Positions 13,673 through 24,685 of a stretch of 64,000 nucleotides of DNA are shown in pieces (position 1 is the stretch's first letter; each line of letters begins with the position of its first letter). The translations under genes were made by a program, and so were the position numbers. The stretch comes from Eledone cirrhosa. Its lineage: Eukaryota. The stretch lies in the NCBI GenBank assembly GCA_964016885.1, contig OZ024756.1, positions 40,920,001-40,984,000 of the forward strand. The letters are read 5' to 3'. The notes under the pieces were generated by a model. The model was given only the letters and a program-made list of their open reading frames with translations. It made no database searches and was not told where the DNA came from.

Positions 13673-13705
13673 CTACGTTTTTGACGTCTTCCTTTTTTTG
13701 TTAGC
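13673..13705 (-). CDS. putative terminal coding exon of the IQ-motif gene (ANKKRKTSKT*)
   Basis: Acceptor CTTATTTTCTGTTGGCAG with an upstream CTAAAC branch-like motif. Phase 0 matches the upstream donor. Basic residues continue the IQ helix. Confidence 0.55.
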   Translation of the reverse strand, partial: ANKKRKTSKT

Positions 13706-15601
13706 CTGCCAACAGAAAATAAGTTTAGAAAATTTTCTGCAATATTTTGACAGATTCAGCTGTGAGAATCAGGTTACCAACATATAAATACTCTGAAATG
13801 ACCAGACCAGTCGCAATGCTTTTTGTTGAAACTTCAAAGATCCTAATGAATCAAAGACAACTGATAAGGCCCAATTAGTTATCTACTTTATGGTAAAATC
13901 TTGACCAATGCTAATCTTGCTAACCCCATACATGGCTTTAGTGGCTCTCACTAGCCAGTCATGTATATGTGATTTAGTTACCCCCTACCAATCACAACAT
14001 GAAGAATGATTTGTTCTTAGCTAATAACCACTCCTACAGTTGCTTCACTAGAATTATGGCACATTGGTTCTTTGTTCTGACACAAACCCTAATGACATTG
14101 TCTCCAAGAGGCTGGTGCTATGATAAAAGGCACATGATAGAGCATGGAATGGTGAGATGCAGACCTTGTCCAACCTGGGAGGCTGGTACACCCACTTCAG
14201 TACTGATTTAATTGAAATATATAAAATGTATAATTAGTGAGATTTGTGTTATTGTCCATCTAGAACGGTCTACAAATCAAAGCTAATTTACTACACTCTC
14301 ATGTCCTTTGTAAAACATCAGATAAATGTTGCAGAATGGTGAGTACATTACCTTTGGGGATAGCAAAAGAGATGACTGAAAGAGTCAGTCTAACTTGCTG
14401 AGACAAATTCTTGTGAATGGTTATTTCCATCATGATCGAGATAGGTAAGGAGGTGATTTGGGGACCTAAGATGCCAGATATTTTCACCCTATGGATCCAA
14501 TAGTTGGCACTTAACTTGTGCTCTTCAGCATGTTGGCCAATGGAAATTGGGTCTAATGTTTAAATATATTCAATGGGTTTAATAAAATGGTTTGAAAATT
14601 GTTTATTTAAATTTGTCTAGAGTTCTACTCCAAGTGAGATCATATTTTCTTTAACTTAGTGTCTATTCCATTACATTTCTACACAGAATTAGTGTCTTTT
14701 CCAAACTGCACTCTGTCATTTCATATGTGAATATTGTGAATAAGGTTGGATTTATGTGGGTGAACACATTTTCTATTTTGTATACAAATAAGTAACCTAC
14801 TATAATCAGTTAGAATTACAAAACCATTCCATACAAAATGTTAGAAAACCAAAAGTTCTAAGACAGTCAAAAAGACTTTTGTATGCTTCTATAAATATTA
14901 AACATTGATACAAAAATATATTATAAAATTACATCTGTATATATACAGCATTTAGTTAACCAAGACTGCATAAATGTGTATATAAATGTACATAATTTTA
15001 TTATACATACAGAAGTAACTTTATAATATATATACTGTATAGATGTGACTGACACTTGTATAGAAATTTACATATAAACAAACAATGTTTACATGTCTAT
15101 ATATGAAAACTGTGTAAATTTATATAAACCAAGACTACGTAAATGTGTATATATATAATTTATACATTTTTTCGGCATATAGACTTGTAAACAGGCCATT
15201 TTTACATGTCAATATACTAAAAGTGTTACATATGCATTTACAGTGTTTGTTACCTCTATACTGTATATATATACATATAATCACTTAATCATATACTTTG
15301 GTTGTTTAACACACAATAAATATGTGAATTAACTAAAATATATATCTCAAGAGATTTCTGAGTATCATCCTATCATCAATGGGTAAACATAAGTCCACCA
15401 ATACATGTATCAAGGATGGGTTCAATTTCAAATGATTTCTCTGAAAAAAATAATGGAATTTCAAACAACCCAACTATGATTTTAAAAGAAAAAATTACAA
15501 TTTAATTATGAGTCAATAAAAACTGTTTTAGACTGCATCATTAACCAGTAATCTTTAACTGAAAACAATAACAAGGAACAATAAAAGAAAAAGCAGTTTA
15601 C

Positions 15602-15692
15602 CTTTAAATCTTTTCGTGTTTTGTACCCTTTATAATTAGCTTGTATTTTTGTGGCAGCATCATCGAACGGTTCCTCTTCCATTGCCTCAATT
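15602..15692 (-). CDS. exon encoding an IQ calmodulin-binding motif (IEAMEEEPFDDAATKIQANYKGYKTRKDLK)
   Basis: Acceptor TTGTTTTTATTTTAATAG and donor AAG|GTAAAC. The open frame matches IQxxx[RK]Gxxx[RK] with the AATKIQA context of neuromodulin, neurogranin, Sp17 and igloo-type motifs. In-frame ATG at 15682. Confidence 0.85.
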
Positions 15693-15786
15693 CTATTAAA
15701 ATAAAAACAATTGTAATCAATGATTATTCAGTACCTTACAACTGTTTTATATCATAGAAACTTCAGTGTAAAAATTGATGGTGATT

Positions 15787-16170
15787 AGAGTATATATATG
15801 TTGCGTAGAGTATATAAAATATTGTGTAGAGTATATAGATGTTGTGTAGAGTATATAGCTGCTGTGTAGAGTATATAGATGTTGTATAGAATATATATAT
15901 GTTGTGTAGAGTATATAGCTGCTGTGTAGAATATATATATGTTGCGTAGAGTATATAAAATATTGTGTAAAGTATATAGATGTTGTGTAGAGTATATAGC
16001 TGCTGTGTAGAGTATATAGATGTTGTGTAGAGTATATAGTTGTTGTGTAGAGTATATAGCTGCTGTGTAGAATATATATATATGTTGTGTAGAGTATATA
16101 GTTGTTGTGTAGAGTATATATATGTTGCGTAGAGTATATAAAATATTGTGTAGAGTATATAGATGTTGTG
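15787..16170. repeat. ~21-bp minisatellite
   Basis: Unit GTAGAGTATATAG(A/C/T)TG(T/C)TGT, ~18 copies. Confidence 0.95.
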
Positions 16171-16880
16171 TCAGATGAATTCTAGGTCAGAAGAAAGACC
16201 CAACATGAAATATATGAAAGAATATGTGAAACCATTGAGGAAGTCAGTAACTTTTGCAGTTGTTGTTTAACAGAATATCTTCAAACAGATTAAAAGATTA
16301 GTTTTATAAATAAATATGATAGCAAGAGTAAGTTTTCTTAGCTTATTTTAAAAGTTATGTTAAGGTTTAAGATAACAGTGGATCAGTTTATATGCTGTCA
16401 GTATAACTTCATGATAAACATGTTCTTGATTGGAGAAATAGTTTATCCATGACTAAATATGATGACAGGTAATTTTATTAATTTCAGTTTTCTGTTAGCT
16501 ATTCCCTGTTTAGTACAGTTGTATGTAGGGATGGACATGTAAATCCTGATGTACTATTGAGCATTTTTGTATCTGACACAGCCCATCCCCTCATCACATC
16601 TGAACACAGATGATTTGTGTGTGTTGAGAGTGCGTGAAAGAGAGGGGGGAGAAAGAGATATAGAGAAAGAATAAACTCCAGCACTGGACTAGTACTTTTT
16701 TTATCAACCCTGAAAGGATAAAAGGCAAAGATGACCATGGTAGGATGAGAGCTCAGAGAGCCAGTACAAATACTGAAAACTGCCAATTCAACACTTCTCA
16801 GTACAGTTAATCCTCACTGTATAATGTTAAGTTATGAAACATAGCAAACATTTTAAATCACTGTCCTCACAACTTTACTT

Positions 16881-16961
<81 letters not shown>

Positions 16962-17124
16962 GTGGCTGTTGGCTGCCATTTTCTGGTCCTATGTTTGTTG
17001 TACCCGACTTTGAATGTTATTATCATTTATAGCAATTCTGTGTTTGGATTTCAACACATCATCATCATTGTTCAACTACAGATGTCTACAATACTCCCCA
17101 ACCCATTACTACTCTCATTATCAG

Positions 17125-17428
17125 GTGGTGGATTGGAAGTATCAGTAGAGGGTCGGACGTCATGTTTTGACGCATAGAATTACGGCCCTTTCCATTCTGA
17201 GTTCAAATCCCGCTGAGGTCAAAACATGACGTCCGACCCTCTACCGATACTTCCAATCCACCACTTATTTATTAACATTTATTCATTTATTATTATTATC
17301 TTTATTAGAGTTCTGAGTTCAAATCCCGCTGAGGTCAACTTTGCCTTTCATCCTTACGGGGTCGATAAAATAAAGTACCAGTAATACACTGAAATAATTG
17401 CTGGCCTTGTGCCAAAAGTAGAAACAAT
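17125..17428 (+). mobile_element. SINE family A copy with internal fold-back inversion
   Basis: The head (17125-17171) recurs inverted at 17218-17264. The SINE body resumes at ~17311. Confidence 0.85.
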
Positions 17429-17616
17429 TATCATGCAGTTATCAGTTGGAGAGATTTACAAAACAACATCTGTAATTCTTCGTCTGTCTCTACTATGGCT
17501 TCCTTTAACTATCAACTCACAGTACTTTACTCTACTCCTTCACTTAAATCTACTTCTATTGTATTTCTATTCTGGAATACTTTCTCCACACACAGCCAAT
17601 TGTTGCTTCCAGCTGC

Positions 17617-17918
17617 AACCGGGTGCAGTCTGCGACTAACCCAGGTTCTGCTGCACGTCGGGGGCTGAGGAGGCCAAACTCTTCAAGTACCGGTCGCTCT
17701 CCGACAGGTTCGCGGTTGTACCCTTGGCAGTGAAGACTTCTGGTGTCCTCGGCCCTAGGGCTACCTCCCTACTCACCACCATAGGCGCTGAGCTGGCCAA
17801 TCGCAGGTGTGAGCCCCGTGAGCTGGAATGGCTTTTCCAGTGCGTCTCCCTTGCCGTCCTCTGGGGAAACGTCCTCTCCATTCTGTCTGCTGGGGTTGAG
17901 GGGTGGCCACTAATATGA
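17617..17918 (+). mobile_element. 3' fragment of a CRE-clade non-LTR retrotransposon (restriction-like endonuclease C-terminus)
   Basis: GC- and CpG-rich island translating PGSAA/AEEAKLFKYRSLSDRFAVVPLAVKTSGVLGPRA...WLFQCVSLAVLWGNVLSIL. This fits the CRE pattern AE..K..KY..L...F.P.A.ET.G..G...QR.S.A..RGN. One frameshift near 17660. Confidence 0.8.
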
Positions 17919-19764
17919 TTTTATCAGTCAGATGTTTTTAGACCCTCACATGGGCAATACTCCACTGATTTCTTTCTAGTTCTTACAAATCTGATACATT
18001 TATTGCCAATGTTTCACTTCCATACACTACATTCTTTAAACACATGCCTCATATGACTTGTCTTTTATATAGAGAAATAAACTCTTTTGTTAGTTTTTTG
18101 TTTAAATTTGATAAAAGAATTTTCTACAATTACTCAAGTCCTCAATGATTAGTAATTATTGAACTTTTGTACTAATTAAGATGTGTTTATTTTAGAGCAA
18201 GTTTTTCCTAAATATTTCCTTCATTCACTAATTAGTTTCATCTGGAAAGTACAACTATGTATACAACATCAGTACTAAAGAAGTTGTATATATTTCCAGA
18301 AACTTCTTGGTTTTATCTAACCCGAGAGAGATGATAATTCTGACCAGAGGTCATTAGCTCATCAAATCAATGTTTTTTATTGAATCTTTCAAATATTCAA
18401 ACAAGAATTCCAATTCCAGTAGCTTCTAGCATTCACATCAAGTTAAACTCTGGTCAGAGGATAGGAAATTGACTGTAAGGCATGAAGATGAGTAGTTATA
18501 ATGATAGACTACTAGCTCCATGACTGTAACTTATAAATACTAAATAGCCAGTTTAATACTAAATAGCCAATTTATAAACTTAAACATCAGAACTACGAGT
18601 TGTTGGCTTTAGAATTGGCATTAGCTGTTAATATGTTAATTTTTAGAATCATCTAATTTAGGTTACTGTAAAGAAATAGATATATAGAGATAGAAAAAAA
18701 TAGAAAATGGACAAAATACAGTGCTGACATACCAGTAATGTAGTCACAATTTGTATAACTGGAGAGATCTTTTACTATTCTGTGGTTTTATTGGCTAAAA
18801 TATTTAGGGCTGTGGTTATTATGCTTTAATTTCAATTTAAGTTGCTATTATGGTATCTAACCAAACCTTGTCTCAATGTTCTGTGAAATTTCTGCTCTAA
18901 CAGTTTCACCTTAGTGTCTTAATTCACTTAAAAAGATTTAGTTTGAAGTTTGAAGCAATAAAATAGAAAATGTTATGAAATGTCTCTTTCTTGAGAATCT
19001 TTTTTATAATTGAATGGGAAACTGGTTTGGCCAATAAATCAAAGAATAATTTCTCTCTCAAGAGAATAACAACTAGAATATTAAATTCTATCTTGCTTTA
19101 TAGAAAATAAATCTTTTCATTTCAGATCAACATTTAAAAATAAAAGATTAATAAGAATGTAAAAACAAACTGTAGAAAAAGAGCCAGTGGTGACATTATG
19201 TATGAGCCTGTAACATTTATGTATTAAGTGACATTATGTATGTAGAAGTTGTAGAGCCACAGTGGTGACATACAGCATTTCTTGGGCATTTTAAACCTAG
19301 CAGAGCCCATTCCCTCCCCAGGCCTGAACACAGCTGATTTCTTCCAGAGAAGGAGAGTGATAGCAAGGAAGAGAGAAATAGATATAGAGGAAGAATTGCC
19401 TCCACCCTCCCCAGTATTGGACTGGTACTTTTTTATCCACTTCAAAAGGATGAAAGGCATAGTTGACCTTGGTGGGATTTGAAGACAGTCAGAACAAATA
19501 CCACAAATCATTCAATATTCTTCTTTACTATAGTAATGTTAGTTTAACTCATATTTACTGGGTGTGGTAAAAATAAGATACACCATGAATTGGCTCTTTG
19601 AAAATACATTCTAATGTTGTTGCTATAGTTACTATAGATTAAGAATTATTGTATTTTTGTAAACAAAAATGGGAAATGGCAGAATGTCTCTATCCCTATT
19701 TTTATGATAAATATTTCATCAAATGAAAATGGGGAAAAATATTTTTTCTTTTTTTAAAGTCAAG

Positions 19765-19960
19765 GCGGGGGCAGTGTCCATGACTTACTTAGGGGCATTT
19801 AAAACTAATGGAGAGAGGGGCAGTGTTCATGACCCTTTTAGGAGCCTCTGTGGCTGATAGAGGAAGGGGCAGTGTTCATGACCCTTTTAGGGGCCTCTGT
19901 GGCTGATAGAGGGAGGGGCAGTGTCCATGACCTTTTTAGGGGACATCTGAGGCTGATGGC
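19765..19960. repeat. ~49-bp tandem repeat, 4 copies
   Basis: GGGGCAGTGT(T/C)CATGACCCTTTTAGGGGCCTCTGTGGCTGATAGAGG variants. Confidence 0.85.
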
Positions 19961-20847
19961 AAGGAAGGAGAAAAGTTCAATTAAACTGAAAACCTGGTCT
20001 GAATACTTGTAATAGAATGGACTCTGCTAAAGGCAGCCATGAGTCAGGTGGGCAAATAGAAATGTCCCAAAGTATTGAGAGGGGAAGAGAGAGAGAGAGG
20101 GAGAGAGAGTTACAGATCTCTCAGGTGAGCCAAGGACCTACATCTTGCTTATATATGGTCCCACTCTCTACCAAGTGCTTATATAGACTGGGAGCCTCTC
20201 TACCAAGTACTCAGATAAGTCGGGTCCTTGCATCTCGCTTACATATGTTCATCACACACTACAGAGTACGCATTGGACCATGAGCTTACAACTTGCTTAC
20301 ATAGCTTCCCACGTTCACCCTTGGGATAACTATTAAATGAAAGAATAAAATGCAAAATTGGCCTTAGTCGAATTTGAACTCAGAACACAGAGAGCCAGAA
20401 CAAATGCTGTATAACATTTTGTCTTACACTCTAACAATTCTGCTTTAGAATTTGAGAAAGTCTGCTGTATTTTTGTTGTTTCTAACTAGAAACCATTGTG
20501 TTGTTAGACTATGTAGAAATTTAGTTTCCTATTTAAGTCTTTGGTCTAAAATAGATCTCATTAATTCTATGTGAAAAGAAAAACAAATCATTAATACAAG
20601 AATCTTTTTTTTTTTTTAAAGTGAAAAGAAAAGAAAAACAAAACAATTTCAGCCGATCAGACATTCCTGTGTCTTTTACAGATAAATGTTTTTGAAAGGT
20701 CACTAACCAACAGCCAAACAATATTTCTAAAGTGCAGAACTTTTATATCAGCAAGATAATCACTACAGCCGAGAAATCCATGTTTTTTTTTTGGCATTTA
20801 CTTATTTTTCTTTAACCCTATGCTAAAGAAAAATGTTGACTCCAATA

Positions 20848-20880
<33 letters not shown>

Positions 20881-22052
20881 GGGGGGAGAAAGAGAAGGAG
20901 AGTGAAAGTGTGAGAGAGAAGGAGAGAGAAGGAGAGAGAAGGAGAGAGAAGGAGAGAGAAGGAGAGAGAAGGAGAGAGAAAATTTTGGACATTTTTAGAT
21001 TGTGAGTGGGCTGGTTCCCAGGCAGAACTAAGATGATATTGCTTTGATAACAACTGGGTGTAGGCTCAAATATAAAACCATTCTTGCCATATTCACAAAA
21101 TAAAGCAGCTATTGTTGTTGATGAAATTATTGTGCTAAGGTCATCAATGTAGTAGGAGTTTAAAGCAGAAGATAAAACTACTCCACTAGTTGTATTTAAG
21201 TCATTTAATAAACTGAATATGGTCATGATAAAGTTAAAATACCAATGGTGACTAACAGAGAATTGCCACTGAAAATAGAGTAAGAAAATAGTAAAAAGCC
21301 AACTGTATTGTTTCATGCTAATTTTAACTCTTTTATTACCATATTTCTAATGAAATACAATGTCTGCATGTTTCAAATGATTTTGAAAATAATCAAATCC
21401 TGTAAGGTGATTGTGTTGGTGACAAGACAAAAAAACTCCAGTCTAACCTGTAAGGTGGTCAGGTTGGTTACACAATGAAAAAGCATCCACTCCACCTTGT
21501 TAGATCATCATTTTGGTGCCACAATAAAAAGCAGCCAGTCCACACTGGCCCTTGGGTGTCTTTAATGGACTCCATTCTGTTACTCTCCCATTTCAGTAAA
21601 CCTCCCTCTACCTTCCTTCCATCAGTCTCAGATGTCTTGAAAAGGGACATGGACACAGGCCCTTCCCTTCTTAATAAATGGTAGAAAACTACCTTGATTC
21701 ATTCAACACCACCACAACATATAAACTAAACTCAAATAAACAACACATTATTGTATTTCAGCTATTACACTCCATACAAATACTAGCTATAATAACTTAT
21801 GACAATTTGTCATAAATACTCACTTTTTACAAGATTGCATCACTACAATAATCTTTACTTCTTTAAACATACATATATATTAATATACTATTATGAACAT
21901 TCACTTATTATATACATTCTTGCTTAAAACCACACAATTCCACATTCCCTGTTTCAGTGTAATTCAATGCCCAGCCAGATTTGGCATTAAACACTTCCCC
22001 CAATCCCTCCTGCTTATCCCTCAGTCAGTAACCTACAATTATTCAAACTCAC

Positions 22053-22151
22053 ATTTCTGAGATATTTTATGGTTTGAAGAAAAAGGCTAATCTCATTTTT
22101 TAAAAGCCCTCCAAAGTGGGCATTTACTTTCTTAATAATAAATTCAATACT
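22053..22151 (-). CDS. candidate 99-nt exon (SIEFIIKKVNAHFGGLLKNEISLFLQTIKYLRN)
   Basis: Long pyrimidine tract plus CAG acceptor, AAT|GTGAGT donor and a single open frame (phase 0-0). No recognisable domain. Confidence 0.35.
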
Positions 22152-23028
22152 CTGAGCAATTATAAACAGAAAAGAAAAAACAAAGTAACAGTATATCTCC
22201 AATTAAGTTTCACATATTGTTTCCAAACCAGGGTTAATAAACTAAAGGAATTTTTGTATCTTAAAAAAAAAAAATATATTCATTTTTTTCCCAAGAAAAA
22301 TCAGACTTTATCAAAGCTTGTACATAAGTAACAATAGCTTTAGGGTTCATATGGAATCAATTATGTGTGTATTGTAAGGTTTCAAAGATATATTTCACTT
22401 CCATCACTTTCAATCTAGAAAAGTAGATTTGCAGCTGGTTGAATCAGCAGGAAGTAGAAGGTTGTTGTTTCACATCCCACCACCTGTGCTCTATAGTGTT
22501 TATGGTTTGTAAACCTAGATAGATTTATTCCTAGATGTTTCAGCCATCATTCTCAACTGAGTATAATTTGATAGCAGCAAAGGTTTGTCTCCTCATGAAC
22601 CATGCCCTCACTCCTGTTTTATGGGCTCCTGTAGTTTTGAGCAGAGTGACAGCCTCTCAACCCTTGCATCTTTGACCCAGCAGACATGATAGTTGCACCC
22701 ATGACTCAAACATGACCCAAATATGATAACTGGAGGCCGAGAGGGCTGCTACTATCTAATTTGTAGTAAAAAAGCCATATTATTTTGAAGGCAATCTTTA
22801 TCTGTCTTTTTACAATACTATTATAGAGTATATACAACTTTTATAACTCTAACATTGCTATCTATTGGGTCACCACACCCTGTTGAATGTTGCCACTGTT
22901 GGTTCATTATTGCTTATTAATCATCAAGCTAGATCTATTTAGAAGTCATTCCACTATCAACTAGTTGAGGATTCCTCTTATAGCAGTACAACAATACAAA
23001 AACTTGTTTCTCAATGTTATTTAATAAT

Positions 23029-23209
23029 GGTGGATTGGCAGTATCGGTAGAGGGTCGGACGCCATGCTTTCCAGCATAGTTACGTCCCTTTACGATCTGA
23101 GTTCAAATCCCGCCGAGGTTGACTTTGCCTTTCATCCTTACGGGGTCGATAAAATAAAGTATCAGTAATGCACTGGGTAATTGCTGGCCTTGTGCCTAAA
23201 GTAGAAACA
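23029..23209 (+). mobile_element. young SINE family A copy
   Basis: Near-identical to 579-765; flanked by GTTATTTAATAAT. Confidence 0.9.
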
Positions 23210-23222
23210 GTTATTTAATAAT

Positions 23223-23438
23223 GGTTTCGTATATAGGCACAAGGCCAGTAATTTTGGGAGAGGGGAAAGTTGATTAAATCGATTCCAGTGTGTGACTGGT
23301 ACTTTATTTTATCGACCCCGTAAGGATGAAAGGCAAAGTTAACCTCGGCGGGATTTGAACTCAGATCATAAAGGGCCATAACTCTATGCTGCAAAGCATG
23401 GCATCCGACCCTCTACCGATACTGCCAATCCACCGCCC
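23223..23438 (-). mobile_element. young SINE family A copy (longer subtype), inverted relative to its neighbour
   Basis: Reverse complement of the family A consensus; right flank AATGTTATTTAATAAT. Confidence 0.9.
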
Positions 23439-23972
23439 TAATGTTATTTAATAATAACAATGAGTAAGTACAACTCACTTCTGTACAGTTCACTTCTGAG
23501 TGCTGTGTATTAACTGTATATTCAACATGTGTTTCATTAGCATACAGAAGAACCATTTACACTACAGCCCTAACTTAGCCATAACCCTGACCTTAAACAT
23601 AACACTAACTCTAACCCTAACACTAACAGACATCAGGGGTAAAATTTGAGGTTTTGTTTCTTGGTTATAGAGGAATAAATATCTGTGCCATGAAGCTAGT
23701 GCCATACAAATCACACAAATGTTGAACTTATATGGCTGTTAGACAAGTACTCTAACAATTCAATTAACTGCAACACAAACACATTACAAACATGCAGTTT
23801 TAGAGAAAGAGATAATTCCAATAATTATAGCTAATCAAGATATGCTAGTTATGAAATATTCTTTAGATCTCATTTTAAATGACATTTTACCAGCTCACGA
23901 TTAAATGGAATTTCCACACAACCATCCACTCATTCGATAATTTTAGTGGCTTCTTTCTGTTTCCTTCTTGCT

Positions 23973-24098
23973 TTCATCTGTCCACTTTTACTAACATAAT
24001 TGTTGCTTTAGTGGACAAGGGTTAAAGATACTCAGTTCATCTGTCCACTTTTACTAACATAATTGTTGCTTTAGTGGACAAGGGTTAAAGATACTCAG
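23973..24098. repeat. perfect 63-bp tandem duplication
   Basis: TTCATCTGTCCACT...AGTGGACAAGGGTTAAAGATACTCAG occurs twice. Confidence 0.95.
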
Positions 24099-24604
24099 AA
24101 TGTAACTATTGAAAGTGGGTAAATTATTAATTTTAAATGATATTCAAATTATTTTCTTATTTTGTTGATGAATTATGTTTCAAAACAGAAACTTATTACA
24201 CTAATTAGCAATGATGCCCTGAAAATTTGATTTGAGTAGAATTTTGGGAGGGCATTTAAGAAATCTAAATGGGCACTGTGTTCTGTTGCTATATAGAATA
24301 GAGAATCCAGCAGGATATGTTGGTTGGATGTTTCCACCACTTGTCCTGATATGAATACCCAAGGCTATTGCACCATCTGCCACCCACCCTCTCTGCTCTG
24401 TGGACATTGCTTAGAAAACACCAATTGACCATAACAATATTTTGAAACAAGTAAATATCATTCCACCATTCTCAGAGCTGTGAAATCATTGACTACAAAA
24501 TCTGTTAATTGAATTAGTGAAGTCTTTGTTACTAACACAAAACAATTTGTAATTATTCTAGAAATGAACTCGTCCCATCTGGGGATTAAAGCAATTATTC
24601 TATT

Positions 24605-24685
24605 ATAAAAGGAAAACTTTAAATATCTTGGATCTCATATCCTGGACTTACAAAAAACTTTAACATCAGGAAAGCTTTCTAAGGC
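24605..24685 (+). mobile_element. RTE-like reverse transcriptase relic
   Basis: ENFKYLGSHI, then (frameshifted) FNIRKA, matching the FKYLGS thumb-region motif. Confidence 0.6.

Noticed and set aside
18733-18780. Minus-strand exon reading IVKDLSSYTNCDYIT (FN3-like)
   Set aside because: The donor is good but the acceptor lacks a pyrimidine tract, and the phase does not join the IQ exon.
20798-21316. 172-aa minus-strand ORF with a strong acceptor at 21268
   Set aside because: No recognisable domain, and the 3' third is simple repeat. It could be an exon but cannot be supported from sequence alone.
23568-23627. Telomere-like TAACCC tract (also 63705-63780)
   Set aside because: Short and degenerate. 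More likely internal to a small transposon than a true interstitial telomere.
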